Assembly (NCBI GenBank): GCA_965248445.1 | Contig: CBDFJG010000003.1 | Location: forward strand, 704,001 to 768,000 | Length of the DNA stretch: 64,000 nt | DNA from: Planctomycetota bacterium | Lineage (GTDB): Bacteria; Planctomycetota; JAJSAM01; JAJVHW01 | Direction of reading: 5' to 3' | Part shown: positions 22,955 to 32,747 of the stretch, one piece after another | How positions within the stretch are numbered: position 1 is the first letter of the stretch | Layout of the letters: every line of letters starts with the position of its first letter | Notes under the pieces: generated by a model | What the model saw: the letters and a program-made list of their open reading frames with translations, nothing else | What the model was told of the DNA's origin: nothing | The model's database searches: none | Translations under genes and position numbers: made by a program

Positions 22955-23572
22955 TCAGCGAAAGAGCGGAAATGTGGCCCGAACCGAGTAGTGCGATCCG
23001 TGTGGTGTGAGTTCGCTCTCCACGAGCGCGATCTCGTTCACAAGGAAGGTGCCGGCCACGCCGACATCCTCCACTTCTGATCGTTTCCGTCCGCTCACCA
23101 AGACGTCCGCGACGCTCACCGCGCCGATCTCGGATCGGACGCGGGCCACGGTGATGTGTGGGGTGTAGGCCCGCCCGGACTTGGAAGACTCCGGTGGGAA
23201 GCCGAGTGGCTCGACCGCCGTGCTCACGGCGGACTCGAGGGCCGTTAGCACACCCTCCGGGTCGTGCACCGGCCGGTGGACGATCCGTGGACGCTGCGGA
23301 CGGGGAAATGCGCTGAAGCCCGTGGTCAGCATGACGCGGGCCGGACGCACGGTCGCAGCCGCCTCTGCGATGGCGCGTTCGATCGCCCCGACATCTCCTG
23401 TGTTGATGTCTCCCGTGGTCTTCTCGACCGTGCCCAGAAAGCGCACCGTGATGTGCAGATTCGGTTCGCGTACCCGCCTGAGACCCGGCACACCCGCCAG
23501 CAGAGCTGCGGCCTCTTCCGCGGTGCGGATCCGGAGTGCCTCGGGCAGCAGTGCAGCGGTGAAGAGTCGCAT
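22955..23572 (-). CDS. thpR: RNA 2',3'-cyclic phosphodiesterase (2H family)
   Basis: MRLFTA start and two HxT motifs (NLHITVRFLG, YTPHITVAR); usual position upstream of recA. Confidence 0.9.
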   Translation of the reverse strand: MRLFTAALLPEALRIRTAEEAAALLAGVPGLRRVREPNLHITVRFLGTVEKTTGDINTGDVGAIERAIAEAAATVRPARVMLTTGFSAFPRPQRPRIVHRPVHDPEGVLTALESAVSTAVEPLGFPPESSKSGRAYTPHITVARVRSEIGAVSVADVLVSGRKRSEVEDVGVAGTFLVNEIALVESELTPHGSHYSVRATFPLFR

Positions 23573-23629
23573 GGAAGATGGAGACGTCGTTCGTCAAGGC
23601 GCTCGAGGCGCTCACTCTCAGGCTCACTC

Positions 23630-24559
23630 TCAAGAGATGAAGTGCAGGAACTCCTGCAGGCGCATGTCGAAGTCCTCGCGGGTCGCCGCCGCGAGGGAGC
23701 GGGTGCCGAAACCGGCCACGGTGAACGAGGCCGCCACCGTGCCGTACGCCATCCCGCGCTTGATGCTTCCGATGCTCACGGTCCCCGGCCCAAGACGCTC
23801 GGCGCTGGCGAGGTAGCCCATCAGCCCGCCCGCGAAGGAGTCGCCCGCCCCGGTCGGATCGATGACCTCGGAGACCGGATAGGCGGGGATGGCATGCATC
23901 ACGTAGGTCGAGAACAGGAACGCCCCGTGCTCGCCCTTCTTCACGACGACGAGTTTCGGGCCGAGTTCGAGTGCCTTCTGGCCGGCGCGGATCAGATTGC
24001 GCTCGCCGGTCAGGCTGCGGCACTCCTCGTCGTTCATCACGACGGCGTCGACGTTGCGGAGAACCTCGAGCAGCCCGTCGCGGGCGTGGTCGATCCAGAG
24101 GTTCATCGTGTCGGCCATCGCGAAGCGGCGCCCGGGTGTCTGCGCGAGAACCTCGAGTTGCACCCGCGGGTCGGCGTTGGCCAAGAACACGAACGGTGTG
24201 TCGCGATACGCCGGGGGCAGCTTCGGTTCGAACGTACCGAGGACGTTCAACTGCGTGTCGAGCGTCTCGGCCACGTTCATGTCGCCCTCGTACTTGCCCG
24301 ACCATCGGAACGTCTTCCCGTCCTCCACCACCTCGAGCCCCGCGATGTCGATGTCCCGCCCGGATTTCTGGGAGTCGGTGAAGACGCGCAGCCGGTCCTC
24401 GCCGAAGTCCGGGCCCACCGCCGCCACCAGCCGCACGGGGCTGAACAGCGAGGCCGAGAGCGAGAAGAACGTGGCGCTCCCACCGGTCTCCTCGGTGACC
24501 TCTCCGTGCGGCGTCGCGATGGAATCGAATGCGACGGTTCCAACCACCAACAAGGACAT
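23630..24559 (-). CDS. PfkB-family carbohydrate/nucleoside kinase
   Basis: GGSATF, NDEE, VVKKGEHGA and DPTGAGDSFAGG motifs. Confidence 0.92.
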   Translation of the reverse strand: MSLLVVGTVAFDSIATPHGEVTEETGGSATFFSLSASLFSPVRLVAAVGPDFGEDRLRVFTDSQKSGRDIDIAGLEVVEDGKTFRWSGKYEGDMNVAETLDTQLNVLGTFEPKLPPAYRDTPFVFLANADPRVQLEVLAQTPGRRFAMADTMNLWIDHARDGLLEVLRNVDAVVMNDEECRSLTGERNLIRAGQKALELGPKLVVVKKGEHGAFLFSTYVMHAIPAYPVSEVIDPTGAGDSFAGGLMGYLASAERLGPGTVSIGSIKRGMAYGTVAASFTVAGFGTRSLAAATREDFDMRLQEFLHFIS

Positions 24560-24612
24560 GCGGAAGACCCCTCCGGTTACACGCGACGAGACAGGCCCAA
24601 CCCGTGCGCACC

Positions 24613-24642
24613 AATCGCGCCATCCGCGTCAGCGGATGGGCC
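24613..24642. repeat. REP-like palindrome CCATCCGC-GTCA-GCGGATGG
   Basis: 30 bp identical to 47792-47821. Confidence 0.8.
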
Positions 24643-24771
24643 CAAGAAAACAGCCTAGGAGTCTGGAGGGACAGGCGCTGAGGGGGTGGAGAGAGCGCCA
24701 GACGGGTCATCTAACAAAACACTAACAGAAGGCGCTGACACGTCCCAGGTGATCCTGGGCGGCCGGATACC

Positions 24772-26010
24772 TCAGGCGGTCTCGTCGCCGGAGGCGGGGC
24801 CGGCCGCCTCCTCGCGAGCCTTGCGCAACTCGCCGCGGTCGGTCATCACGTAGAGGCCCCCGAGAAGGCTCCAGAACATCATGAGCATGCCGCCCAGGAC
24901 CGACAGCGCGAGGGCCGGAGCGCGCCCCACTCCGACCTGGTCGAAGAAGTACACGAACGCCGACTCGCGCAGACCCCATCCGCCCGGCAGCAGCGGCACC
25001 GCGGAGACCATCCACCCCGCGGGGAGCACCACCAGATAGTCGGTGAGCGGCACCGGGTCGCCCCCGCGCGTCGTCATGTGCAGCGCGTGCGCGAACAGGA
25101 TGAAGATCCCCTGCACGGCGATCTGGTTGGCGAACGACAACAGCAGCGCGACGACGAGCTCCCTCTTGCGGTATCGGTAGAAGAACATCGCCTGGTCCAG
25201 CCGCTTGAGCAGCCGGCCGCCGGGCAACCGTTCGACGATCTGCTCGTACCGCACCAGCTTCCGCACGAACCTGCTGAAGAACAGCATCGAGCCGACCGCG
25301 AGCGCTCCGAGGAACCCGAAGATGAAGAGAGCGAGCTGGCGGTACTCGGGGTTGTCCAGGCGGGTCAGCAGCACCGCCGCCGCGATCATCGCCAGGGCGA
25401 TGATGCCCGCTATCCGGTCCACGAGGACCGTGAGGAACGCCTCGGCACGCTTCTCGGTGTGGCTGCTGGCGTAGATCGCCTTGATCACGTCGCCACCCGT
25501 GGCCCCGGGGACCACGTTGTTGAAGAAGAAGCCGACGAAGGTCAGCTTGTGCGCCGTTCGGAACGAGATGTCGATCCCCTGCCCGCGGAGCAACAGCCAC
25601 CAACGCACGATCCCGAAGTGGCTACAGAGAAAGAACAGCAGGGAGCCCAGCGCCAGGAGCCCCACGTTGCTGCGCTTCACGATGCGGATCAGGCCCTCGT
25701 TGACGATCGGGACCGGCTGATCGGCCTCCGTGTCGAGAGCGAGCATGTCCCTCGTGAACGTGCACGTCGCGTGGGGATCGTGCAAGTCGTACTCGAACTC
25801 GATCGTGGTCGTCTCGGTCCAGACGCTCGGCAGCACGGCATTGGCGATCGTCCCCCGCCGCACCTCCCCGTTCGCCAGCGTGACCGAGTCGCGCCACGCG
25901 ACCGAGGTCAGGATGTAGACGAGGAGGACCGCGCCCAGAACGCGCGGTATCCACGCGAGAAGACGCCGCATGCCGGACGGGCGCGGCGGCCCGGGAGTCC
26001 CGCTCGTCAC
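24772..26010 (-). CDS. Lysylphosphatidylglycerol synthase TM-domain (UPF0104) flippase-like protein
   Basis: RWWLLL, GFFFNNVVPGATGGDVIK, DRIAG and PGGWGLRE motifs; start is GTG 26010 (GTGA overlap) or ATG 25971. Confidence 0.85.
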   Translation of the reverse strand: MTSGTPGPPRPSGMRRLLAWIPRVLGAVLLVYILTSVAWRDSVTLANGEVRRGTIANAVLPSVWTETTTIEFEYDLHDPHATCTFTRDMLALDTEADQPVPIVNEGLIRIVKRSNVGLLALGSLLFFLCSHFGIVRWWLLLRGQGIDISFRTAHKLTFVGFFFNNVVPGATGGDVIKAIYASSHTEKRAEAFLTVLVDRIAGIIALAMIAAAVLLTRLDNPEYRQLALFIFGFLGALAVGSMLFFSRFVRKLVRYEQIVERLPGGRLLKRLDQAMFFYRYRKRELVVALLLSFANQIAVQGIFILFAHALHMTTRGGDPVPLTDYLVVLPAGWMVSAVPLLPGGWGLRESAFVYFFDQVGVGRAPALALSVLGGMLMMFWSLLGGLYVMTDRGELRKAREEAAGPASGDETA

Positions 26011-27158
26011 TTTCCAGCGGTGTCCGCCGTGGTCGCCGCGGCCGCGGGCTGCGCGTCGGGAACGGGAGCCTCGTCGGCGCTGCGCGACTCCCAGTACTCG
26101 CGCCAGGCGCCCACGTCTGCGCCCAGATCCTGCCCCGTCGTCACCCGCAGTGCGCGCACCGCGGCGCTGCGCACGGCCCCGGCGGAGTCGTTCAGCGCCA
26201 TCAGGAGCGGAGGTACGGCATCGGCTTCGTCGAACGCTCCGAGCGCCATGACGGCGTCCCGGCGGACCGCCGACGACGGGTCCTGCCGGACCACGCGGCC
26301 GAGTGCGTCGGGCGCCATGCGCGGGCGCAGTTCTGCGAGACGGCCGGCAGCGGCGCTGCGCACCGTCTCCGCGTCGTCTCCGAGGACGGCCACAAGAAGC
26401 GTGAGTCGCACGATGGCGCCGCTCAGGCGACCCATCGAGTCGTCCAGCGGAGCCAGCACGGCGGGCTCGCCGCGGTATGGATCGAGTGCGTTGGACGTCA
26501 GCGTCTTCAGCACGGTTCGCGCGGTCCGGAGCTTGCCGCGGTACGCGCGGCGGGCGCGGAGGAGCGGCGCGGTCGCCTTGGGTGCGGTGACGTTCTCGAA
26601 CTCGAAGAGCGACACGATCGTCACGGCGATCTCGACGTCTTCGTACGTCGGGACGGTGTCGTCCGCGCCGTCGGTGACGTCCTTCATCACCTTGAGCGCC
26701 TCGATCATCGACTCTTCGCTGGCCGACTGGCCCTCGGCCGGTTCGAACGAAACGGTCCACTTCGAGATGCCCGCCAGCGTGTCTACCGCCTCGACACGCA
26801 TGAGCGCGAAGTCGTGCTCGGTGGCGACCTCGGAGACGATCTGCGCCACCCGCGCGGCGTCGTCCCACCCCGAGTACTGGACGGCTGCCAGTTCGCGCAG
26901 CGCTGCGGTGGCCTGTTCCAACGGGTCCTCGACATCGCGGCGCAGCGTCCAGGTGCCCTCGACGTGCACGCTCGCGAGCGTCTCGAGGTGCTCGGACGGC
27001 GTCGGGTCGGAGCCGAGCAGGTTCTCGACGCTCCTGGACAGGTCCGCGGCGTAGTCCTCGAGGCCCTTCGTCGACTCGCAGCCGGCCAGCGGGAGCAGGA
27101 ACAAGCCCAGCGGAAGGACCAAGCGATGCAGCAGCCGTCGCATTCCGTTCCCCCTCAT
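26007..27158 (-). CDS. HEAT-repeat lipoprotein
   Basis: Lipobox LAGC; C-terminal repeats D...VR.AA..AL; start is ATG 27158 or 27143. Confidence 0.75.
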   Translation of the reverse strand: MRGNGMRRLLHRLVLPLGLFLLPLAGCESTKGLEDYAADLSRSVENLLGSDPTPSEHLETLASVHVEGTWTLRRDVEDPLEQATAALRELAAVQYSGWDDAARVAQIVSEVATEHDFALMRVEAVDTLAGISKWTVSFEPAEGQSASEESMIEALKVMKDVTDGADDTVPTYEDVEIAVTIVSLFEFENVTAPKATAPLLRARRAYRGKLRTARTVLKTLTSNALDPYRGEPAVLAPLDDSMGRLSGAIVRLTLLVAVLGDDAETVRSAAAGRLAELRPRMAPDALGRVVRQDPSSAVRRDAVMALGAFDEADAVPPLLMALNDSAGAVRSAAVRALRVTTGQDLGADVGAWREYWESRSADEAPVPDAQPAAAATTADTAGK

Positions 27159-27982
27159 GCGTCTGCCTCTTCGGCGTCGGGCACGCCCCGCGCGACACCC
27201 ATGATCGAGTACCCGCAATCGACCGGGATGTGAACGCCGGTGACTCCGGACGCCAGGTCCGAGACGAGGAACGCCACGGCACCACCGACGTCCTCGGCGG
27301 TGACGTTCCGGCGCAACGGGGCCGAGTGCCTCGCGTGGTCGAGCATCTTGCCAAAGTCGCCGATCCCGGATGCACTCAGCGTGCGGATGGGGCCCGGCGC
27401 CGCGCTGTTCACGCGGATGCCGGCAGAACCGAGGTCGTATGCGAGGTAGCGCACCGCGGAATCGAGAGCCGCCTTGGCCACCCCCATCACGTTGTAGTTG
27501 GGGACCACGCGCTCGCCGCCCAGGTATGAGAGTGCCACGATCGATCCGCCCTCGGTCATCAGCGGCGCGAACGCGCGGGACACGGATATGAGTGAGTACG
27601 CGCTGATCTCGAGGGCGGTGCCGAAGCCATCCTTGGTCGTATCGCGGAACAGGCCCTTCAACTCCGCCGGGTTGGCGAATGCGATCGAGTGCACCAGGAA
27701 GTCCAGGCGCCCCCACCGCTCCGACAGGGCCTGTGCAGCCGCAGAGACCGTGTCTTCGTCGGTGACGTCGACGAGGAGCACGGGGACCTCGCGTTCACCT
27801 GGAAGCCCCTCGGTCAACGCCGGGAGCCCCTTGGTCAATGAGCGGGCGGACTCGAGGAATCGGTCACTCTGCACGGTGACCGCGAGTTCTGCGCCGAGCC
27901 CCGCGCAGGTCTTCGCGATGCCCCACGCCAGACTGCGCTTGTTGGCGACGCCGAGCACCACCCCGCGCTTCCCCTGCAGCAT
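27155..27982 (-). CDS. fabI: Enoyl-ACP reductase
   Basis: GVANKRSLAWGIA, LVHSIAFA, YNVMGVAKAAL and GPIRTLSASGI motifs. Confidence 0.96.
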   Translation of the reverse strand: MLQGKRGVVLGVANKRSLAWGIAKTCAGLGAELAVTVQSDRFLESARSLTKGLPALTEGLPGEREVPVLLVDVTDEDTVSAAAQALSERWGRLDFLVHSIAFANPAELKGLFRDTTKDGFGTALEISAYSLISVSRAFAPLMTEGGSIVALSYLGGERVVPNYNVMGVAKAALDSAVRYLAYDLGSAGIRVNSAAPGPIRTLSASGIGDFGKMLDHARHSAPLRRNVTAEDVGGAVAFLVSDLASGVTGVHIPVDCGYSIMGVARGVPDAEEADA

Positions 27983-28109
27983 GCGATCCCTCCGGCTCCG
28001 TGCAGTCGGCGGCGTCCACCGCTCCCGGCGTGGAGACTACGTCACGGCACGGTCGAGCCACTCAGACGGTCCGGCCGGACGAGCGCGGAGCCCGCCGGAG
28101 CCGGGATTG

Positions 28110-28195
28110 TGGTGCGGAGGGGGGGAGTCGAACCCCCACGTCCGTAAGGACACTAGATTCTGAGTCTAGCGCGTCTGCCATTCCGCCACCCCCGC
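28110..28195 (-). tRNA. tRNA-Leu (anticodon CAG)
   Basis: GCGGGGG acceptor strand, anticodon arm CTAGA-CTCAGAA-TCTAG, long variable arm, GTTCGA T-loop, encoded CCA. Confidence 0.96.
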
Positions 28196-28319
28196 ACGGG
28201 CACAGAGGAAGAGAGGATGCCGTCGCGTCCGGCGGTGTCAACTTAACGAACCCCAGGCAGGGGAATCCGTGCCCGCGATCGGGCGCGCGCTGATCCTGCC
28301 CGGTTCGAGACACACCACG

Positions 28320-28799
28320 ATGGCGAAGCGGCGAACAGAGGACGAGAGCCGGCCCGGGCGGCCGGTGATCCGCAACCCGCGGGCGCGCCACCGGTACGAG
28401 TTCATCGAGAACATCGAGTGCGGCATCGCGCTCGAGGGTCCCGAGGTGAAGAGCCTGCGGGCCGGGCTGGGGAGCCTCGAAGAGGGCTACTGCCGCATCA
28501 AGCGCAACGAACTCTGGCTGGTCGGCGTGCACATCGCCGAGTACGACGCCAAGGGGTACGCGACAGTGGATCCGGTGCGTCCTCGCAAGCTGCTGCTGCG
28601 ACGCCGTGAACTCGTCAATCTGCGCAAGGCCGTGGAACGCAAGGGGCTCACGCTCGTCCCGCTGCGGATCTACTGGAGCGAGCGCAACCTCGCGAAGGTC
28701 GAGATCGCGCTCGCGAAGGGAAAGCGGACGCATGACAAGCGCGCGTCGGAGAAGGCACGCCAGGCATCGCGGGAGATCAGTCGCTACAAGCGCCGCTGA
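28320..28799 (+). CDS. smpB: SsrA-binding protein
   Basis: NPRARHRY, GIALEGPEVKSLR, RKLLL and GKRTHDKR motifs. Confidence 0.96.
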   Translation: MAKRRTEDESRPGRPVIRNPRARHRYEFIENIECGIALEGPEVKSLRAGLGSLEEGYCRIKRNELWLVGVHIAEYDAKGYATVDPVRPRKLLLRRRELVNLRKAVERKGLTLVPLRIYWSERNLAKVEIALAKGKRTHDKRASEKARQASREISRYKRR

Positions 28800-28849
28800 G
28801 CGGCCGGGCTTCTAGCTGAGCGGCAAGGCCTCTTAGCGGAAGCCTCCGC

Positions 28850-30130
28850 TCAGAGTGACTTGCCCCACTTGCGGAACGCCTCGAGCATGTCGCCGAAGTC
28901 GACGTCGTTCCAGAGGGCGTCGGCCTGCATGGGATCGCCGGTGTCGCGCAGCGTCTGGATGTACTTGTTGTACGTATTGCGGAACTTCGAGCTGTTCTTC
29001 GCGTGGCGCATGAACAGGTGCCAGCACCAGAGGATGTCGACGTCCTCCCCTTCCGGATAGTCGGCCGCCGTCTTGGTGAAGTGGCTGTCGAGGGACGCGT
29101 TGGCACTCTGGATGCGTCCCTTCATCTTCTTCATACGGTCCTTGTCCCACTTCTGGGGCTTGCCCCCGTCGGTGGCGCCGTATGCGCCGTAGCGGGACAG
29201 GCCGGCGCTCAGCCAGTGCGGGACGTCGCCCCCGAAGTAGAACTTCACGTACTGCGACGCGGAGCTGAACCGGACTGGGAGCTCCGACGTGTTCATAGAG
29301 AGCGAGGACGTGCTGGTGCAGAACGCCCAGTCGCGCGGATCGATGTACCCGTCGTTCGGATCGCCCATTTCCAGCGACTCCGCCGCGCGCCGCAGGCCGA
29401 GTGGAAGCTTGTAGACGCGGACGACCGGCGTGGCCTCGAGGTACGGCTTGCCGGGGAGTCCCTTGCGGAGGATGTCGCGGGCATCCGTCATGAGGTCGTC
29501 CGTCCGGCCCATGACGTCGCCGACCTCTTTCTTCCCGACGTTCGTCCAGACCACCATCCCCTTCGCCTTCTTGACGGTCCAGTCGTCGCTCGAGACCGAG
29601 AGGTCGAACGCCTTCTTCTGCTCGTACTTGTCGAGGATCGACTGCGCGAAGTCGCCCAGCTCCTCGCCGGCCTTCGGGTGGGAGATCACCTCGGCGAGCG
29701 TGATCACGCCGTCCATCTCGACCAAGCGCCGCCACGACACGCGGCGCCCGTCAACGACGGTGCCCTGCATCCAGCCTTCGCCCGTCTTCAGCGAGTCCTT
29801 CTCGAATCCGCTCTTGGACGCCACGTACTCGTGGAAGGCCATCGTCAGGCGTTTCGCGCTGCGCATCACCTGCGCATGGAAGGCGGCGTTGAACTTCTTG
29901 CTGGCGGGACCGGTCCAGAAGCCGAGGTCGCCCTTGGACGAGTCCACCCGCTCTGTCTTCCAGTTGCGCGGCAGGTCCACCGAGAACAGGTTCTCATTCT
30001 GGTGGAAGGTCATCGGTTCGCCGGGCTCCCGGTCCGCCTCGTCCTGGCCCACCGCGGACGGCGCGAGGAGGCAGACGGCCAGGGCTGTCGGCAGCCACAG
30101 ATTCCGGAAGGCGGTCGGGTGTGTGCGCAT
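28850..30130 (-). CDS. Secreted hypothetical protein with a degenerate gluzincin/DUF1570-like region
   Basis: Signal peptide LWLPTALAVCLLAPSAVG; PHWLSAGLSRY resembles PxWxxEGxAxY; strong third-position GC bias. Confidence 0.7.
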   Translation of the reverse strand: MRTHPTAFRNLWLPTALAVCLLAPSAVGQDEADREPGEPMTFHQNENLFSVDLPRNWKTERVDSSKGDLGFWTGPASKKFNAAFHAQVMRSAKRLTMAFHEYVASKSGFEKDSLKTGEGWMQGTVVDGRRVSWRRLVEMDGVITLAEVISHPKAGEELGDFAQSILDKYEQKKAFDLSVSSDDWTVKKAKGMVVWTNVGKKEVGDVMGRTDDLMTDARDILRKGLPGKPYLEATPVVRVYKLPLGLRRAAESLEMGDPNDGYIDPRDWAFCTSTSSLSMNTSELPVRFSSASQYVKFYFGGDVPHWLSAGLSRYGAYGATDGGKPQKWDKDRMKKMKGRIQSANASLDSHFTKTAADYPEGEDVDILWCWHLFMRHAKNSSKFRNTYNKYIQTLRDTGDPMQADALWNDVDFGDMLEAFRKWGKSL

Positions 30131-30206
30131 CGGCTCTCTCCAGTGCATTTCCAAGGGCGATGATACGCCCCGCCCGCCTCTCTCCGGACGCCTCGAACGA
30201 CCTTGA

Positions 30207-30250
30207 CGTTCCCCGGGCCTCTGTCTTCCGTTCCCCAGGCCTCTGTCTTC
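30207..30250. repeat. 22-bp tandem duplication
   Basis: CGTTCCCC(G/A)GGCCTCTGTCTTC x2, one mismatch. Confidence 0.75.
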
Positions 30251-30386
30251 GTGGGTCCGAGCCCCCCGCCCGCCTACGATTCACGCAGGTGGACCTCGAG
30301 TCCCACCGCCTCCGCGGCGCGCCTCGCCGCGGGTGACAGAGTGACCACGGGGTGGACGCATCACCGCCCGCGTGGAGCCGCGCATC

Positions 30387-30494
30387 CCTCCTCCCTTGAG
30401 GGGCCTCCTCCCTTGAGGGGCCTCCTCCCTTGAGGGGCCTGCTCCCTCTGAGGGGCCTGCCCTCCTTCTCGGGGGTCCGCCCTCTTTCTTAGGG
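30387..30494. repeat. 17-bp tandem array upstream of ssrA
   Basis: CCTCCTCCCTTGAGGGG x3 perfect (30387-30437), then about 3 decaying copies. Confidence 0.85.
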
Positions 30495-30516
30495 TCTAGG
30501 GCAGCGGGCGCTTCAC

Positions 30517-30879
30517 GGGGGCGACCGGAATCGACCGGGCGATTCGTCTTCTCGGGTGGCGCGTCGAGGTTCCAGGTGGCCTCGTTAAACCCTGGACCAC
30601 CTTTAGGTGCCAATCACACCTATTCTCTCGCTGCCTAGTTGAACTAGATCCAGCGACGCCCTCAGCCGGCATGCCCGTGGTCGGCGGATGGGCGCCGATT
30701 TACGGGCTGGTCCTCCGTGGTGCCGATCTGCGGAGGGCGAGATCAAACGGTCGGCTGGTCCCCCTGTGAGCGTGTCGCTCTGCGTGCAAGGGGACGAGAC
30801 CCAAATCGAGCGACTACACGCGTAGAAGCCCGAGAAGCAGCGCCACGGGACGGGGGTTCGAATCCCCCCGCCTCCACCA
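30517..30879 (+). ncRNA. ssrA: tmRNA
   Basis: 5' GGGGGCG pairs with 3' CGCCTCC-A-CCA (G3:U); T-arm GGGGGTTCGAATCCCCC; tag reading frame ANHTYSLAA* at 30609-30638; smpB nearby. Confidence 0.95.
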
Positions 30880-30889
30880 TTTTTCGAAT

Positions 30890-30930
30890 CGGCGAGGACG
30901 GATCGCATCAAGACCCGTTCTCGCCGTTTT
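30890..30930 (+). terminator. Probable intrinsic terminator of ssrA
   Basis: CGGCGAGGACGG ... CCGTTCTCGCCG followed by TTTT. Confidence 0.6.
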
Positions 30931-31002
30931 CGATTCAGCCTCGCCGGCGGGGGATACGAACGGCCGGGGCGGGAGGTCACGAAGTGACCGAGCGCGAAGG
31001 AG

Positions 31003-31238
31003 CCATAAACAATGGCTCCTGTCCCGGCACGGGAGAGCCCATGTTCGAGAGGCGTTCGCGAGCGGCGATTGCAACGATCGTCCTCCGCGCGCACCGCGAG
31101 CCAGCCCGCGAAGTCTTCCACTCCGCTCCGGCCCACGGCCTCCGCTCCCGTTCGCTCGTGATGGATCGTCCACCGGACCATCCATCTCCGCCTACAGCGC
31201 ACCCTCGCTCACCCATGAACAATGGCTCCTGTCCCGGC
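31003..31238. repeat. Direct repeat CCAT(A/G)AACAATGGCTCCTGTCCCGGC x2
   Basis: Copies near 31003-31028 and 31213-31238; the first also folds as AGGAGCCAT-AAACA-ATGGCTCCT. Confidence 0.7.
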
Positions 31239-31247
31239 GCGTCGCGC

Positions 31248-32747
31248 GTAACCGTTCACCCCTTCGTCGCGAGCCAGGATCCAGATCGTTCGGCCATCGG
31301 TCGATCAAGAGGTTGTGGGCGAGCGGCAGGACGAGGATCTGCGGGCGATGGTCGAGGGCCTTCTGGCCTGGATCGAGGAGCTGGAGCGTCGCGAAGCGAA
31401 GCATCTGCGCCGCATCGACGAGCTCGAGTCGCGTCTGAAGCGTGACTCCCGCAACAGCTCGAGGCCTCCGTCGTCGGACCCGGCGTGGTCCAAGCGCCGT
31501 CGCGGCCGAAGGCCGCGTAGCGGTCGCCAGCAGGGCGGACAGCCGGGCCATGAGGGCACGGCGCGCGAGCTGGTGGATCCGTCCAACGTCGATGAGACCA
31601 AGGAGCACCGTCCCGACCTCTGCGACGCGTGCGGACACGACGATCTCGAGCAGGGCATCGGCGATCCGTACCGGCACCAGGTGACGGTGCTCCCGCGCGT
31701 GCTCGTCACGGTGCGGGAGCACCGGCTGCACAAGGCGCGGTGCCGGCGCTGTCGTGCGGTCACGACGGCGGTCCTGCCCGATGGCGTGCCGACCGGGGCC
31801 TTCGGTCCGCGGCTGACCACACTTGCCGGCGCGCTGCGCGGCGTGTACCGCGTGAGCGTGCGGGAGACGCAGCGGCTGCTCGGTGAGATCTTCGGTGTGA
31901 AGATGTCGCTGGGCAAGATCAGCGACTGTGAGCGTCGGCTCAGTGACGCTCTGCACTCGTCGTACCTCGAAGCCCTCGGGGCAGTCCGCACGTCGCTGCG
32001 AGCCAACGTGGACGAGACGTCGTGGAAGGAACGGGGCCGGGTGTGCTGGCTGTGGGCGGCGGAGAGCGAGCACGCCACAGCCTTCGGGATCGATCGCCGC
32101 CGCAGTGCCAAGGCGAAAGGGCGGCTGATCGGGCGGCGCTTCGGTGGCACGGTGATCAGCGACCGGATGGGTGCCTACGAGTCACACCCACTTGCCCGCC
32201 GCCAGCTCTGCTGGGCGCACATCGAGCGCGCCTTCCGTGCGCTGGCCGAAGGCCCGCGAGAACATCGCCGCTTCGGCAACAAGGGCGTCATGATCGCGCA
32301 GTCGGTCATGCGCAGCTACCGGCTCTTCGGTGAGCACGGCGACCGTGACCGGCTGCAAGGCGAAGCCGCTGTGCTGCGCGGACGGCTCGAGCGACTGATC
32401 GCGAACGACGACTCGGCTCTGGCCAACCATCTGCGCCCCCGCGTGGTCGCCCTCTTCACCTATGCGCGGACCCAGGACGTGAGTCCGACGAACAACGCCG
32501 CCGAGCGCGCGGTCCGCAAAGCGGTGCTCTGGCGCAAGGGCTCCTTCGGAAGCCAGTCCGCTCGCGGACTCCGCTTCGCCGAGCGCGTGTTGACCGCCGC
32601 GGCCACGCTGCGACGCCGTGGCGACCAAGTCTTCGACTTCCTCGCCGACTCGGTCGCCGCGCACCTCACCGGCGCCGACCCGCCCGTCATGGTCCCGCTG
32701 CCCCTCGCACGCTGAGGCTCACACGCTGTCAAGGGGTGAACGGTTAC
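31248..32747 (+). mobile_element. IS66-family element, single-ORF (ISBst12-like), 1500 bp
   Basis: Perfect 17-bp IRs GTAACCGTTCACCCCTT; no accessory tnpA/tnpB ORFs; no target duplication visible. Confidence 0.92.
31315..32715 (+). CDS. IS66-family transposase
   Basis: DSRNSSRPPSSD, GGQPGHEG, CxxC pairs, VDETSW, ISDR, QLCWAHI and PTNNAAERAVR motifs. Confidence 0.93.
   Translation: MGERQDEDLRAMVEGLLAWIEELERREAKHLRRIDELESRLKRDSRNSSRPPSSDPAWSKRRRGRRPRSGRQQGGQPGHEGTARELVDPSNVDETKEHRPDLCDACGHDDLEQGIGDPYRHQVTVLPRVLVTVREHRLHKARCRRCRAVTTAVLPDGVPTGAFGPRLTTLAGALRGVYRVSVRETQRLLGEIFGVKMSLGKISDCERRLSDALHSSYLEALGAVRTSLRANVDETSWKERGRVCWLWAAESEHATAFGIDRRRSAKAKGRLIGRRFGGTVISDRMGAYESHPLARRQLCWAHIERAFRALAEGPREHRRFGNKGVMIAQSVMRSYRLFGEHGDRDRLQGEAAVLRGRLERLIANDDSALANHLRPRVVALFTYARTQDVSPTNNAAERAVRKAVLWRKGSFGSQSARGLRFAERVLTAAATLRRRGDQVFDFLADSVAAHLTGADPPVMVPLPLAR

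Noticed and set aside
22866..24710. 614-aa minus-strand ORF and other long Arg/Ala/Pro-rich ORFs (e.g. 32940-34832, 46044-47876, 60311-61963)
   Set aside because: Shadow frames of well-supported genes in high-GC DNA, with no recognisable motifs.
24772..27716. 867-aa and 569-aa ORFs read as large fusion proteins
   Set aside because: The extensions overlap fabI and the HEAT lipoprotein gene in other frames; real starts are about 26010 and 27158.
28000..28110. Prophage or island attachment site at tRNA-Leu
   Set aside because: fabI follows directly, with no integrase or duplicated tRNA 3' end.
30387..30494. Possible CRISPR array
   Set aside because: Units are contiguous 17-mers with no unique spacers, and there are no cas genes in the window.
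30879..32747. Integrative element at the tmRNA 3' end
   Set aside because: No integrase and no duplicated ssrA 3' end (att site) were found in the window; only repeats and an IS66 are present.
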